A DNA stretch of 64,000 nt from an uncultured cyanobacterium (GTDB lineage: Bacteria > Cyanobacteriota > Cyanobacteriia > Cyanobacteriales > Nostocaceae), in the NCBI GenBank assembly GCA_963740315.1, contig CAVUDP010000002.1, forward strand, positions 416,001-480,000. The letters are read 5' to 3'. This document shows positions 53,466 to 64,000 of the stretch, piece by piece. Within the stretch, counting starts at the first letter, position 1. Every line of letters starts with the position of its first letter. Below the pieces are notes generated by a model. It was not told the origin of the DNA, ran no database searches, and saw nothing but the letters and a program-made list of their open reading frames with translations. A program made the position numbers and the translations under genes.

Positions 53466-54833
53466 TTATTGATTTAACCAATCTTGTATTTCCTTAACTA
53501 ACCAATCTATTTCCGCATTATCCAACCCAAGAGAAAAAACATATCTCCTAACATCGGCTTCTATAGAAACGAATGCACGTTTATCATTATCATTATCAAA
53601 ATCAAAATAATCTTTTTTAATATTATTAATTTTAGAAGTTTTACCTCTTCTACTTCCGACAGGTAAAAAAAATAATTTCCATTGCATAATCAAGTCATCC
53701 CGATCTAATTGAAGATAAAAAGTTTCAAAACAAGAAAATAACAGGAGAAAAATAAAAAGAAATAGAAGAAGAGGTACAAATACAAATACAAATAAGTATA
53801 AACTTGTTGGTATTAGTTGAAGAATTATTCGTGTAGTTATTGATAAGATAATAAAGACAACTAACACAAATTTATCCTTACTGTTAATTCCTCGTTTTAG
53901 TATCTTTAATTGCAACAGATTATAAGATTTATTTAATTGAATTCGGCTACTAGGTGGTTTAGAAATTTTATAAGAAGAATGAATAGCAGGACGATTCTTG
54001 TATGAATTATATTGAGAAGAAGAATTAACAGGATTACGACTATTCAAAGCTTTTAATGCTTCAGACGCACTTGTAAATCTATCTGCAATATCCGGCTCGG
54101 TTAACTTTTCAATCCAGCGGATAAAATTAGCGCTCAAACTAACTTTATCTTGAAACTGAATTCGCATCTTTTTTTGCGGTAAATCGGCTGGTATTCTCCC
54201 GGTAGCAAGATGAATTAATGTTGCTCCCAAAGCATACAAATCGGATGCAGTAACTGTTCTACCACCAAATTGTTCGATTGGTGCATAACCATAAGTTCCC
54301 ACCACCGTAAATGTTGCTCCTTGGGCTGCTACGCTATCTTGTACCGCTCCAAAGTCAATTAAATAAACTTTTTTATCTTCACCTAAAATTAAATTACTTG
54401 GTTTAATATCGCGGTGAATAACTTGAGGATTTAATGTGTGTAGATAACAAAGTATTTCTAATACGTCTGTAGCGATTCTTCGTAATTCTTCTTCTGTGAA
54501 TCTTTGTTTTTTCTCAATTAACTGTTTGAGCGATTCACCGGGAATATATTCTTCAACTAAAGCAAACCATTTATTTTTATCTTCAATAGAAAAATAATCT
54601 CGGTATTTGGGAATACGAGGATGAGAAAGCTGTTTGAGAATATCGGCTTCCCGTTCAAATAGCTTTAAATCTTGCCATTGAAACTGCTCTCCAAATGCTA
54701 AAAATTTGAGAATTACTGTTTCTGCTGGCTGAATTGATATATCTTCAGCTAACCAAGTCTGACGACCTGCATTTTGTGCTAACTTTTGTTTTAATTGATA
54801 TCTTTGTTGGAATACTTGTTGTACTTCTAGCAT
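53466..54833 (-). CDS. Ser/Thr protein kinase with C-terminal 2-TM module
   Basis: HRDIKPSN, DFG, GTYGYAPIEQ, SDLYALG; two hydrophobic helices. Confidence 0.92.
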   Translation of the reverse strand: MLEVQQVFQQRYQLKQKLAQNAGRQTWLAEDISIQPAETVILKFLAFGEQFQWQDLKLFEREADILKQLSHPRIPKYRDYFSIEDKNKWFALVEEYIPGESLKQLIEKKQRFTEEELRRIATDVLEILCYLHTLNPQVIHRDIKPSNLILGEDKKVYLIDFGAVQDSVAAQGATFTVVGTYGYAPIEQFGGRTVTASDLYALGATLIHLATGRIPADLPQKKMRIQFQDKVSLSANFIRWIEKLTEPDIADRFTSASEALKALNSRNPVNSSSQYNSYKNRPAIHSSYKISKPPSSRIQLNKSYNLLQLKILKRGINSKDKFVLVVFIILSITTRIILQLIPTSLYLFVFVFVPLLLFLFIFLLLFSCFETFYLQLDRDDLIMQWKLFFLPVGSRRGKTSKINNIKKDYFDFDNDNDKRAFVSIEADVRRYVFSLGLDNAEIDWLVKEIQDWLNQ

Positions 54834-54963
54834 GAGGAACTATTTTAAATATACTTGTATTAAATAGATTTGTTAAGTATAGTTATATACAAACAATATT
54901 GATTTGTCACTACCTGTAATACTTCAAAACAGAAGACAGATATTCCTAATTACTAATCAATAA

Positions 54964-56904
54964 TTATTGAATTCCCAGCCAAGCTTTCATTTCTTTAATT
55001 AACCAATGAATTTCAGCATCGCTTATCTGAGGAGCAAATGCGCCGAAACTATATTTTTTTACACCGCATTTTACCGTCACCATTGTTAAGTTTTTACTAT
55101 TTACTGAAACATTAGATTCATCTCTAGTAACGTCATGGATCGTCGAGGTTTTCTCTATCTTTGTTTTGTAAGTAAAACCAAATAGCTTCTTTTGAAGAGT
55201 AAAATCATTTCGGTTAAATCTTATATCAAGACTTCCGAAAGCAGTCAATAAAGGCATACTCAAAAATAATAATAATAATCCAGGTATAAAGAAAAATATT
55301 GCAACTTCTGGATTTGAAAGAATTATTGGTCCAGCAATACTAAATATCATGATACAGAGAAATATAAAAGGCAAGTGACCAAACTGTATACCTCGCGGTG
55401 GTAATTTAATTTCTAACTGTTCGTAAGATTGATTTAATTCAATTTTACTTCTAGATGGTTTAGAAGCTGTGAATCTATCTTCAATATCAGCTTCGACTGC
55501 TTTTTCAATCCACTTACGCATAACAGGAGGTAACGATTTTAATGCATCTTCATCCTCCTTTTGTTTATTTTCGGGTAATTCTGAAATACCCAACCAATCA
55601 TTAATTTCTTGAACCAACCAGACTTTCTCAATATCAGCTAATTGAGGACTGAATGCAGCAAAATCATATTTTTCTGCACCGGCTTTTATTAAAATCTTTT
55701 TAAGTGGTTCATCATTGACTGACGTAACAGTAGTTTTTAAAGCAACATTATGAATGGCTGAAGTTTTACCTCTTTTTTTACGATAGGTAAAACCAAATAG
55801 CTTCCATTTTATCTCAAATTCATTTCGGTCAAATTGAATATAACACCCTGTAATCATATTAATAATAATTAATCGAATAGCGAAAAAGAATATGGAGAAT
55901 AATAATACTGGAATTGATTTTGAAAAAATGGCTGCGATCGCAAATAAAAGTATAATAATATCTACAGGTATTAATAATATTGCAAATATTAACCATAGGA
56001 TGTTTTTTCGCGGCGGAATTTTAATTTCTAATTGTTCTTCAGATTTTTCTAAGTTAATTCGGCTAGCGTGGGGTTTGGAAATTTGAGAAGATGAATTAAC
56101 TACAATACCAGTTGTCAAAGAATTTAAAGCAAGAGAAGCACTACTAAATCGATCGTTAATATTTGGCTCGGTTAGCTTTTCAATCCAGCGGATAAAACTA
56201 TCGCTCAAACTAACTTTATCTTCAAACTGAATTCGCATATTATTCTGCGGTAAATCTGCTGGTATTATCCCGGTTGCTAAATGAATTAATGTTGCTCCTA
56301 AAGCATATAAATCGGACGCGGGAACTGTTCTACCACCAAATTGTTCTATGGGCGCATAACCGTAAGTTCCAACTACCGTAAATGTTGTTCCTTTGGCTGC
56401 TGCGTTATCTTGTACCGCTCCAAAGTCAATCAAATAAACTTTTTTATCTCCACCTAACATTTAGTTACTAGGTTTAATATCGCGGTGAATAACTTGGGGA
56501 TTTAGTGTATGTAGATAACAAAGTATTTCTAATACGTCTGTAGCGATTCTTCGTAATTCTTCTTCGGTAAATCTCTGTTTACTTTCGATTAATTGCTTTA
56601 ACGATGAACCGGGAATATGTTCTTGAACTAAAGCAAACCAATTATTCTTATCTTCGATAGAAAAATAATCTCGATATTTAGGAATTCTGGGATGAGAAAG
56701 CTGTTTGAGAATATCGGCTTCCCGTTCAAACAATTTTAAATCTTGCCATTGAAATTGTTCTCCAAATGCCAAAAATTTGAGAATTACTGTTTCTGCTGGT
56801 TGAATTGAGATATCTTCGGCTAACCAAGTTTGACGACCTGCATTTTGTGCTAACTTTTGTTTTAGTTGATATCTTTGTTGGAATATTTGTTGTGCTTCTA
56901 ACAT
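54964..56904 (-). pseudogene. Paralogous Ser/Thr kinase split by one in-frame TAA (56461-56463); duplicated C-terminal 2-TM module
   Basis: HRDIKPSN*MLGGDKKVYLIDFG versus HRDIKPSNLILGEDKKVYLIDFG in the neighbour; both ORF pieces share a frame. Confidence 0.85.
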
Positions 56905-57020
56905 GAGGAACTATTTGATAAAACATTATATCTTGTTTATAAATAGCTTATAATAGTTAATTTGTCTTGAGTAATTACCGTAGCTGTTTGAATCTTAAAA
57001 TCATCTGTAAGTAACTAAAT

Positions 57021-58229
57021 ATGTTTTATAAAAATAAAAAAAATATCCTATCTCCTCAACTCGTTCTGATATTAATACTCAATTTTGTCAGCCTTTTCTT
57101 AACTTCCTGGATTATACTTTCCGCACCAACTTTCTTTTTACTAAAATTCGGAGTAGTTGCTCCGGAAATTTGCCCCTGGCTGTTCGGTTTAAATTTAATT
57201 ACTCTAATTTTATCTTTATTATTTATTGCTCAACGTCAATTAAAACGATCGCTCTGTATTTTAAGCTTGATAGGATTGCTGATTTGTAGTTGGGAATTAG
57301 CAAGCATTATACCAACTCAAATGCAGATGAATGCTGCGATGAATCGAGCATTAGGTGCAGACTATCAACAAAAAATTCCAGTTGAAGTAAAAGCAAATAT
57401 GCGAAAGCATCCTTTTGTTTTAGCTGATGTTTTTCGAGGAATTAGCTTACAAAAAACCCGTCATTTAACTAATATTAATTTTGCGACTCCCGCAGGAGTA
57501 CCGTTAAAAATGGAAGTTTATCAACCTGCCAAAGTTGGTAAATATCCAGCGATTGTATTTATTTACGGTGGTGCTTGGCAAAATGGTAATCCATCGGTAA
57601 AACCTGAATTTAATCGATACATGGCGGCTCGTGGATATACTGTATTTGCGATCGATTACCGTCACGCACCAGAATACAAGTTTCCCGCTCAATTAGATGA
57701 TGTCCGCACTGCATTGAATTTCATTCGCGATCGCGCCACCGAATACGAAGCAGATACCGACAAAATGGTATTATTTGGACGCTCCGCTGGCGCTCATTTG
57801 GCAATGCTGGCAGCTTACGAACCCGATGCACCAACAATCCGCGCTGTGGTGAACTATTACGGTCCGGTGAATCTAACTCAAGGATACAACGAACCACCGA
57901 TTCCCGATCCAATTAATTCCCGTGCTGTTTTAGAAGCGTTTCTGGGGGGTTCTCCCCAACAGTTTCCCACGCTGTATAAAACCGCTTCACCGATTAATTA
58001 CGTAGTGCCCGATTTACCACCGAGTTTGCTAATTTACGGAAGTCGCGACCATATTGTAGAAGCAAGATTTGGCAGACAGATGTATGAAAAATTGCGGGTT
58101 AAAAATACGGCTGTTTTTTTAGAAATTCCTTGGGCTGAACATTCTTTTGATAGCATTTTTAACGGTGTGAGCAATCAATTAGCTTTGTATTATACTGAGA
58201 GATTTATTGCTTGGGCGGTTAACAGTTAG
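57021..58229 (+). CDS. Membrane-anchored alpha/beta hydrolase (HSL-like esterase)
   Basis: IYGGAW, IDYRHAP, GRSAG, D and H near the C-terminus; N-terminal TMs. Confidence 0.88.
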   Translation: MFYKNKKNILSPQLVLILILNFVSLFLTSWIILSAPTFFLLKFGVVAPEICPWLFGLNLITLILSLLFIAQRQLKRSLCILSLIGLLICSWELASIIPTQMQMNAAMNRALGADYQQKIPVEVKANMRKHPFVLADVFRGISLQKTRHLTNINFATPAGVPLKMEVYQPAKVGKYPAIVFIYGGAWQNGNPSVKPEFNRYMAARGYTVFAIDYRHAPEYKFPAQLDDVRTALNFIRDRATEYEADTDKMVLFGRSAGAHLAMLAAYEPDAPTIRAVVNYYGPVNLTQGYNEPPIPDPINSRAVLEAFLGGSPQQFPTLYKTASPINYVVPDLPPSLLIYGSRDHIVEARFGRQMYEKLRVKNTAVFLEIPWAEHSFDSIFNGVSNQLALYYTERFIAWAVNS

Positions 58230-58337
58230 CAGTTATCAGTTATCAATTATCAAAGTTCTATATTTACTTATTAAAATTAAAAACGAAATTTTGCTTAGAA
58301 ATACAATTTTTAGTCCGATCGCAAAAGTGCGTTATAA

Positions 58338-58561
58338 CTAACATCTTGCACCAGTGTGAGAAACCGGGTTTATTGCTGGTTGTATAAGGAAATATTCATG
58401 TTTTCACGAATATAAACCCGGTTTCTTTGAGCTTCTTGAGATTAGTAAAAGTTATCAGTAAAAACGCACTAAAAGCCTTTCTTAGTCCTATTTATAGGAC
58501 TTTTGCTATTAGACGGGGAATTGCATTCCTCGGCGGTATTGAAAATAATGCAAGATGTAAG
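58338..58561. mobile_element. ~220-bp MITE-like element
   Basis: Terminal inverted ACATCTTGCA (58341-58350) / TGCAAGATGT (58549-58558); internal hairpins. Confidence 0.7.
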
Positions 58562-58670
58562 GTTTATCGGACTTTGTATAACCCCCTTGGAATAAATTAC
58601 TATGGGGTCATGGGTGCTAGTTGTAAGTGATGATTTCAAGATATAAAAGGAATAAATTCCTTACTACGAA

Positions 58671-59261
58671 CTAAGATTTCAAATACCCTTTAGCAATACA
58701 GTTTTCAATTTCTGCTAATATAAAATCCCAAAGTTCCGGCGTACCTTCTTCTACAGGTGCCATTCTTTTCATTACTTGACTGCGATTAATATTATGTATT
58801 TTCCAAGTTCCACCTTCGGTTTGTTGATTGTGGAGAAAAGGCTGTATTCTATCTAAAGCTGCCGCAAATTTAGCCGTCGGTGTAACTCTGGCTTCAAATT
58901 CATCCCAAAGTAATCGTAATTCTTTTGCTTGTTCTTCGGGTAATAATCCAAATATTCTAGTTGCTGCTTCTAATTCTCTTTCTGCTTTACTTTCATATCC
59001 CTGCACGTCATAACAAAAGGTATCGCCAGCATCAATTTCTACTAAATCGTGAATTAATGACATTTTCATGGCGCGAAATAAATCGGTTCCTTCGGTTGCG
59101 TATTCGGCTAAAATCATTGTCATGATCGCCAAATGCCAAGAATGTTCGCCGCTGTTTTCTCTACGAGAAGCATCTATTAATAATGTTTGACGCAATACAT
59201 TTTTAAGCTTGTCAATTTCGATGATGAATTGTAATTGTTGTGTGAGTCGGTTTAGTTGCAT
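58671..59261 (-). CDS. HD-domain hydrolase (HD_3/YfbR-like)
   Basis: LKNVLR, RENSGEHSW, IHDLVEIDAGD, LDRIQP; start at MQLNR. Confidence 0.88.
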   Translation of the reverse strand: MQLNRLTQQLQFIIEIDKLKNVLRQTLLIDASRRENSGEHSWHLAIMTMILAEYATEGTDLFRAMKMSLIHDLVEIDAGDTFCYDVQGYESKAERELEAATRIFGLLPEEQAKELRLLWDEFEARVTPTAKFAAALDRIQPFLHNQQTEGGTWKIHNINRSQVMKRMAPVEEGTPELWDFILAEIENCIAKGYLKS

Positions 59262-59430
59262 TTTGAGTAATAAATACTGTAAACTTCGGTTTGCTTGTAT
59301 TTCTAAACTATTAGTTATATCAGTCACAGAATATATCACGGTGCGTTGCGCTCCGCGACAACACACCCTACAAAAACAACAATCAAATAGTAATTCTATA
59401 TAATCTAAAATCTAAAATCCAAAATTAATT

Positions 59431-59910
59431 ATGGCTGATATGTTAGTTAAGCTTTATACTTTGCCTTCAGTAGAAGTAGAGATTGCCGCGCAAGATAAGC
59501 AGGGTATAGTTATTAGACGTGCGATCGCGCCGGAAAAAAGTACAATCCTTGCTTGGGTTGAGGAGCGATTTAATACACGCTGGATGAGTGAATGTGACGT
59601 GTCTTTCAAAAATTCACCCCCTAGCTGTTGGATTGCCGTAGAAAACCAGCAAATTCTCGGTTTTGCTTGTTATGAATGCACTTGTAAGAATTTTTTTGGT
59701 CCTATCGGTGTTGGTGAAGCTGCAAGAGGGCGTAAAGTTGGTAAAGCATTGTTATTAGCTTGCTTGCACGATATGCGATCGCAAGGATATGGTTATGCGA
59801 TCGTTGGTGCTGCGAGTGATGGTGTAGCGGATTTTTATCGTAAAACTGTAGGTGCAACAGTTATTGAAGATTCATCACCGGGAATTTATAAGGGGATGTT
59901 ACGAAAATAA
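59431..59910 (+). CDS. GNAT-family N-acetyltransferase
   Basis: FGPIGVGEAARGRKVGKALL, FYRK. Confidence 0.85.
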   Translation: MADMLVKLYTLPSVEVEIAAQDKQGIVIRRAIAPEKSTILAWVEERFNTRWMSECDVSFKNSPPSCWIAVENQQILGFACYECTCKNFFGPIGVGEAARGRKVGKALLLACLHDMRSQGYGYAIVGAASDGVADFYRKTVGATVIEDSSPGIYKGMLRK

Positions 59911-59992
59911 TTGGTAATTGATTATAATTCCCTACTTCTTACTCCCTACTCCCTACTCCCCACTCCCTACTCCTTATAATTTAACTATATAA

Positions 59993-61036
59993 ATGGAATC
60001 AATTTTAACCAAAATCAGGAATTGGATTGAACAAATTTGGCAATTTTTAGAAACTGAAAATTTTCTTCGTCCGCTTTTAATTATTATTTTAATTATTGCA
60101 ATTAGTTCGTTAAGTTTATCTTTAGTTGAACCAAATCTATCTTTAATTGATAGTTTATGGTGGGCTGTTGTTACCTTAACGACGGTTGGTTATGGTGACG
60201 TTACTCCTAAAACAATTGCCGGACGTTTTATTGCTTTTCTTGATATGCTTGTCGGGATTGGGGTTTTAACTTTACTTACCGCTACAGTTGCCAGTATTTT
60301 AGTAGAAAGAAAAATAAGTAAGGATTTAGGAATGCATTCTTATAACTTTGAAGAACATATCATTTTATGTGAGTGGAATTATCGATCTGAGATAGTTATT
60401 AAAGAGTTACGTATAGAACCTGAAACTGAGAAAACTCCTATAGTTTTAATTTCTGATATCGATAGAAAACCTATAAAAGATAAACATTTATTTTTTGTTA
60501 AAGGCGAGGTTTGCGATGAAACATTGCATCAAGCCAATTTACTGAAAGCGAAAACTGTAATTATTTTAGGTGACGAAAATTTAGACTATAAGCAACGCGA
60601 TGCAAGAGTTATATTATCGACTTTGACAGTAAAAAGTATTAATAATAAAGCTTATACAATTGTCGAACTTATAAATGAAAATAATATTGAGACTTGTAAG
60701 CGGGCTTGCGCTGATGAAATAATTGTCAGCAGTAAATTATCTAGCAATCTTATTTCTAGCTCTGCTATAAATCACGGTATTAGCAGAGTGATTACCGATA
60801 TTGTAACTTATGAATATGGTTCTCAATTATTTAAAAGACTTGTGAGTGAAGCTGAAGAAGGAAAGTTATTTATAGATGTTTTTATGAAAATGAAAAAGGA
60901 TTCTCAAAGTACGGTTATTGCTATTCAGCATGGTAATGAGGGAGAAACCATTTCTAATCCACCTGCTGATTATCAACTTGCGGCTGATGACTATTTAATT
61001 TTTATTGCTACTTACGATAATGATTCTGATAAATAA
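59993..61036 (+). CDS. 2-TM potassium channel with RCK (TrkA) domain
   Basis: Filter TTVGYGD between two TMs; HIILC..., GDE/DARVIL RCK-like region. Confidence 0.9.
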   Translation: MESILTKIRNWIEQIWQFLETENFLRPLLIIILIIAISSLSLSLVEPNLSLIDSLWWAVVTLTTVGYGDVTPKTIAGRFIAFLDMLVGIGVLTLLTATVASILVERKISKDLGMHSYNFEEHIILCEWNYRSEIVIKELRIEPETEKTPIVLISDIDRKPIKDKHLFFVKGEVCDETLHQANLLKAKTVIILGDENLDYKQRDARVILSTLTVKSINNKAYTIVELINENNIETCKRACADEIIVSSKLSSNLISSSAINHGISRVITDIVTYEYGSQLFKRLVSEAEEGKLFIDVFMKMKKDSQSTVIAIQHGNEGETISNPPADYQLAADDYLIFIATYDNDSDK

Positions 61037-61163
61037 AATAAGCTTTAATTAAAAATAGACAAAATATTTGATTTGAACTTTTCAGCAATATTAATGTAAC
61101 ATCTTTGCTTTACAAAGGGTATTTGATAGTGAGATAAAACTTGTGATTGATAAAAGCGTATTT

Positions 61164-61871
61164 TTATGTATGTAGAAAATCGAATTTGCTTGGTATCACA
61201 ATCAACGAAAAATAAGGTACGGTTTCCGCTTCAACTTCATCTACAGACAATATCCTTTGATTCTCCATAGTCGCATTTTCAATATACTTTGCTCTTTCAA
61301 CTAACCCCAATTCTCCCAAAACCTGCTTTACCTTACTAAAATTTCTCCCTAATTTAATAATTACCGCAGCATCTGCAACTTGCAATTTCTCCCGCAAAAC
61401 TTCCCCCGAAAGTATCCCTGAAAGCACTATGAACACATCATTACGGTAAGTCAACGGTACCCCGATGGTTGCAGCACTCGCCATTACTGAAGAAATACCG
61501 GGAATTATCTCTGTTGCATATTTAGGTGAAAGTCTATTGAAAACATACATAAAGCTACCGTAAAAAAACGGATCGCCTTCACACAAGACTGCCACATCTT
61601 TTCCATTATCTAAATGTGCTGCTAATTCCTCGGCAGCTTTATCGTAAAAGGGTTGAGCGGATTTTTCTAATTTAAAAGGTAATACTATCGGCACCTCGAT
61701 TTGATTGCCTTGGAGAAACTCAGCCACAATCGAACGAGCAAAACTATTACCTTCTTCGGAAGCAGGATAAGCAATTACAGCTACAGACTGTAAAATCCGT
61801 AACGCCTTCAAAGTAATTAACTCCGGGTTTCCCGTACCTACACCAACACCGTAGAGACAACCCGAACTCAC
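61164..61871 (-). CDS. cobI: Precorrin-2 C20-methyltransferase
   Basis: LYGVGVGTGNPELIT, LCEGDPFFYGS, IPGISS; GTG at 61871 overlaps the cobH stop (GTGA). Confidence 0.9.
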   Translation of the reverse strand: MSSGCLYGVGVGTGNPELITLKALRILQSVAVIAYPASEEGNSFARSIVAEFLQGNQIEVPIVLPFKLEKSAQPFYDKAAEELAAHLDNGKDVAVLCEGDPFFYGSFMYVFNRLSPKYATEIIPGISSVMASAATIGVPLTYRNDVFIVLSGILSGEVLREKLQVADAAVIIKLGRNFSKVKQVLGELGLVERAKYIENATMENQRILSVDEVEAETVPYFSLIVIPSKFDFLHT

Positions 61872-62491
61872 TGCTCCTCCTGACATAGAGCATTTACCGC
61901 AGCCGATGCGATCGCGCTTCCTCCTCTTCTGCCGTGCAATGTCACAAATGGCACTCCCCGACTATTCGCAGCCAGAGCCGCTTTCGATTCAGCCGCACCC
62001 ACGAAACCTACGGGGAAACCAAGAATCACCGACGGTTTGGGAAATCCGGCATCAAACAATTCTAAAAGATGAAACAAACCTGTTGGAGCATTCCCGATCG
62101 CTACTATTGCTCCTTCTATATCAGGTTCCCACAACTCCACCGCAGCCGCAGAACGAGTATTACCCATTTTCCAAGCCAATTCCGGCACCTGTGGATAATT
62201 CAGCGTACAAATTACGGGATTCTTCGCAGGTAAACGCCGTTGAATGATGCCTTTTGCTACCATCTCGGCATCACACAAAATCGGTTCACCCGCAGCGATC
62301 GCTCTTTTGGCAACAGTTATAGCTTTGGGCGATGCTTGTAAGTCGGTAACAATATCAGTCATGCCGCAACTATGAATTATACGCACTGCCAAGGGTATTA
62401 AATCGGCAGGTAAGTTTTCTAAATTCGCTTCTTCACGAATGATAGAAAAGGAACGATTGTAGATTTCTTTAGGATTGCGGATGTAGTCCAT
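61868..62491 (-). CDS. cobH: Precorrin-8X methylmutase
   Basis: IYNRSFSII, TRSAAA, AIGNAPT, PVGFVGAAESK, GRRGGS. Confidence 0.93.
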   Translation of the reverse strand: MDYIRNPKEIYNRSFSIIREEANLENLPADLIPLAVRIIHSCGMTDIVTDLQASPKAITVAKRAIAAGEPILCDAEMVAKGIIQRRLPAKNPVICTLNYPQVPELAWKMGNTRSAAAVELWEPDIEGAIVAIGNAPTGLFHLLELFDAGFPKPSVILGFPVGFVGAAESKAALAANSRGVPFVTLHGRRGGSAIASAAVNALCQEEQ

Positions 62492-62498
62492 TGAGAAT

Positions 62499-62552
62499 AG
62501 TTAGGAGTTAGGAGTTAGGAGTTAGGAGTTAGGAGTTAGGAGTTAGGAGTTA
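62499..62552. repeat. STRR heptamer tract (AGTTAGG)x7
   Basis: Read directly, immediately upstream of cobH. Confidence 0.9.
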
Positions 62553-62713
62553 AGAATTAAAAAATTAACGATTTTCAAATTTAGAATACCACGAACGCAA
62601 GTACTAAATAGCTCGTAAACTCTTTTACCTTTTACCTTTTACCTATTCCCCATTCCCTATTATCTATTACCCACCGCGAATATAATGTAATCAAAACAAA
62701 CGAACGCACTTTG

Positions 62714-63922
62714 ATGCATAAATGGTTGTCTGTGGTGGGAATTGGTGAGGATGGTTTACCTGGGTTGAGTCAGGTAGCTTCCAAGCTTGTGGAAAAAGCG
62801 GAAGTTTTGGTGGGAGGTACGCGCCATTTATCGATGCTTCCAGAAAACGATACCAGGGAAAAGTTAATTTGGAGTTCTCCCATCGCCACTTCAGTAGAAG
62901 AAATTATTCAGCGTCGCGGAGAATCTGTTTGCATTTTAGCAAGTGGCGATCCGATGTGTTTTGGTATTGGCGTTACTCTCACTCGTCGCATACCCATTGA
63001 AGAAATAACTATTATTCCCGCACCTTCATCTTTCAGTTTGGCTTGTGCGCGTTTGGGATGGGCTTTACAAGAAGTGGAAACCTTAACTTTAGCAGCTCGT
63101 CCGATATCTCTTTTGCATCCGGTAATTTATCCAGGTGCGCGGTTACTGATTCTCAGCGAAGGTAGAAATACTCCGTCGATTGTCGCGCAAACCCTTGTAG
63201 ACAGAGGTTTCGGTAACAGCAAAATTACAGTTTTAGAATATATGGGAGGAGAGCGCGAGCGTATAGTTGAAGGTATTGCTGGTGAATGGGAAACCACCAA
63301 AATCGCCAGCTTAAATACGATCGCAGTCGAATGTATCGCCGATGCAGATATATTGCAGCTTCCCAGAATCGCCGGATTACCAGACATAGCCTATCACCAC
63401 GACGGACAACTTACCAAACGCGAAGTTAGAGCCATAACATTAGCAGCCCTCGCACCCATCCCCGGACAAATGTTGTGGGATATCGGCGCTGGTTGCGGTT
63501 CCATCAGCATAGAATGGATGCGAACTCACCCCCGATGCTGGGCGATCGCGATCGAACAAAATGACTCTCGACTTAATTACATTGCCGATAACGCAGCAAG
63601 TTTAGGCACTCCAAATCTGCGTATAATTCACGGTGAAGCACCAGCCGCATTACAAGGATTAGAGCCTCCCGACGCGATTTTCATCGGCGGTGGTGCAACA
63701 GCAGAAGGAATATTTGATACCTGTTGGCAAGCACTTCGCACCGGCGGACGTTTGGTAGCGAATGCAGTCACGGTAGAAAGCGAACAGAAGTTAATCGAAT
63801 GGCACGATCGAGTTGGCGGAAGTTTAACGCGGATAGCCATACAAAGAGCGCAACCCATAGGTAAATTTTTGGGATGGAAAGCGATGGTACCAGTGACGCA
63901 GTGGGTTGTGGTGAAGGAGTGA
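62714..63922 (+). CDS. cobL: Precorrin-6Y C5,15-methyltransferase (CbiE-CbiT fusion)
   Basis: VVGIGEDG, LASGDPM, GQLTKREVR, LWDIGAGCGSI, DAIFIGGG. Confidence 0.93.
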   Translation: MHKWLSVVGIGEDGLPGLSQVASKLVEKAEVLVGGTRHLSMLPENDTREKLIWSSPIATSVEEIIQRRGESVCILASGDPMCFGIGVTLTRRIPIEEITIIPAPSSFSLACARLGWALQEVETLTLAARPISLLHPVIYPGARLLILSEGRNTPSIVAQTLVDRGFGNSKITVLEYMGGERERIVEGIAGEWETTKIASLNTIAVECIADADILQLPRIAGLPDIAYHHDGQLTKREVRAITLAALAPIPGQMLWDIGAGCGSISIEWMRTHPRCWAIAIEQNDSRLNYIADNAASLGTPNLRIIHGEAPAALQGLEPPDAIFIGGGATAEGIFDTCWQALRTGGRLVANAVTVESEQKLIEWHDRVGGSLTRIAIQRAQPIGKFLGWKAMVPVTQWVVVKE

Positions 63923-64000
63923 GGGGGATGGGGGAAGGGGGAGATGGGGAGTACTTCGACAAGTCTTACAGTGAGCTACGTCGAACTGCTCAGTAACCTT

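Noticed and set aside
53466..56904. Diversity-generating retroelement acting on the kinases
   Set aside because: No reverse transcriptase in the window and no template/variable repeat pair with adenine-specific differences seen
58427..58630. 67-aa ORF
   Set aside because: Largely within a MITE-like element
62492..62713. Cobalamin riboswitch between cobH and cobL
   Set aside because: Gap is mostly STRR; no B12-box-like elements recognised by eye

Overview
64 kb of AT-rich chromosome from a filamentous cyanobacterium, probably heterocyst-forming (Nostocales). This is inferred from frequent HIP1 octamers (GCGATCGC), heptamer/octamer STRR tracts, NTRC, ArgZ and a cyanobacterial-type PilA. From left to right: (1) a putative pilin-glycosylation locus (0.8-9.0 kb): a heavily frameshifted pilA with a SigF-type box, a frameshifted ogtA-like TPR/GT41 gene and, convergently, what reads as one ~1450-aa methyltransferase-GT2-GT4-TPR-GT41 fusion split by a frameshift in a T9 run; (2) a Uma2 remnant and an Rpn-family gene with a likely internal start, bracketed by nested miniature repeats; (3) ntrC (thioredoxin reductase C), a peptide ABC permease, a composite palindrome/STRR array, a ROK kinase, pyrG and an amidase; (4) a ~20 kb Wzx/Wzy-type exopolysaccharide cluster (21.5-41.5 kb); (5) argZ, a stand-alone DXCF-type cyanobacteriochrome GAF, an RNase D-like gene, a TPR lipoprotein, three Ser/Thr kinases (one split by a single stop), YbjN, a lipoate ligase, an esterase, HD and GNAT proteins, a K+ channel, and cobI/cobH/cobL. 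No rRNA, tRNA, transposase, cas gene or true CRISPR array was recognised. The ~6.3-9.9 kb segment is indel-rich and may be low-quality assembly. All calls come from reading motifs by eye; no database searches were run.
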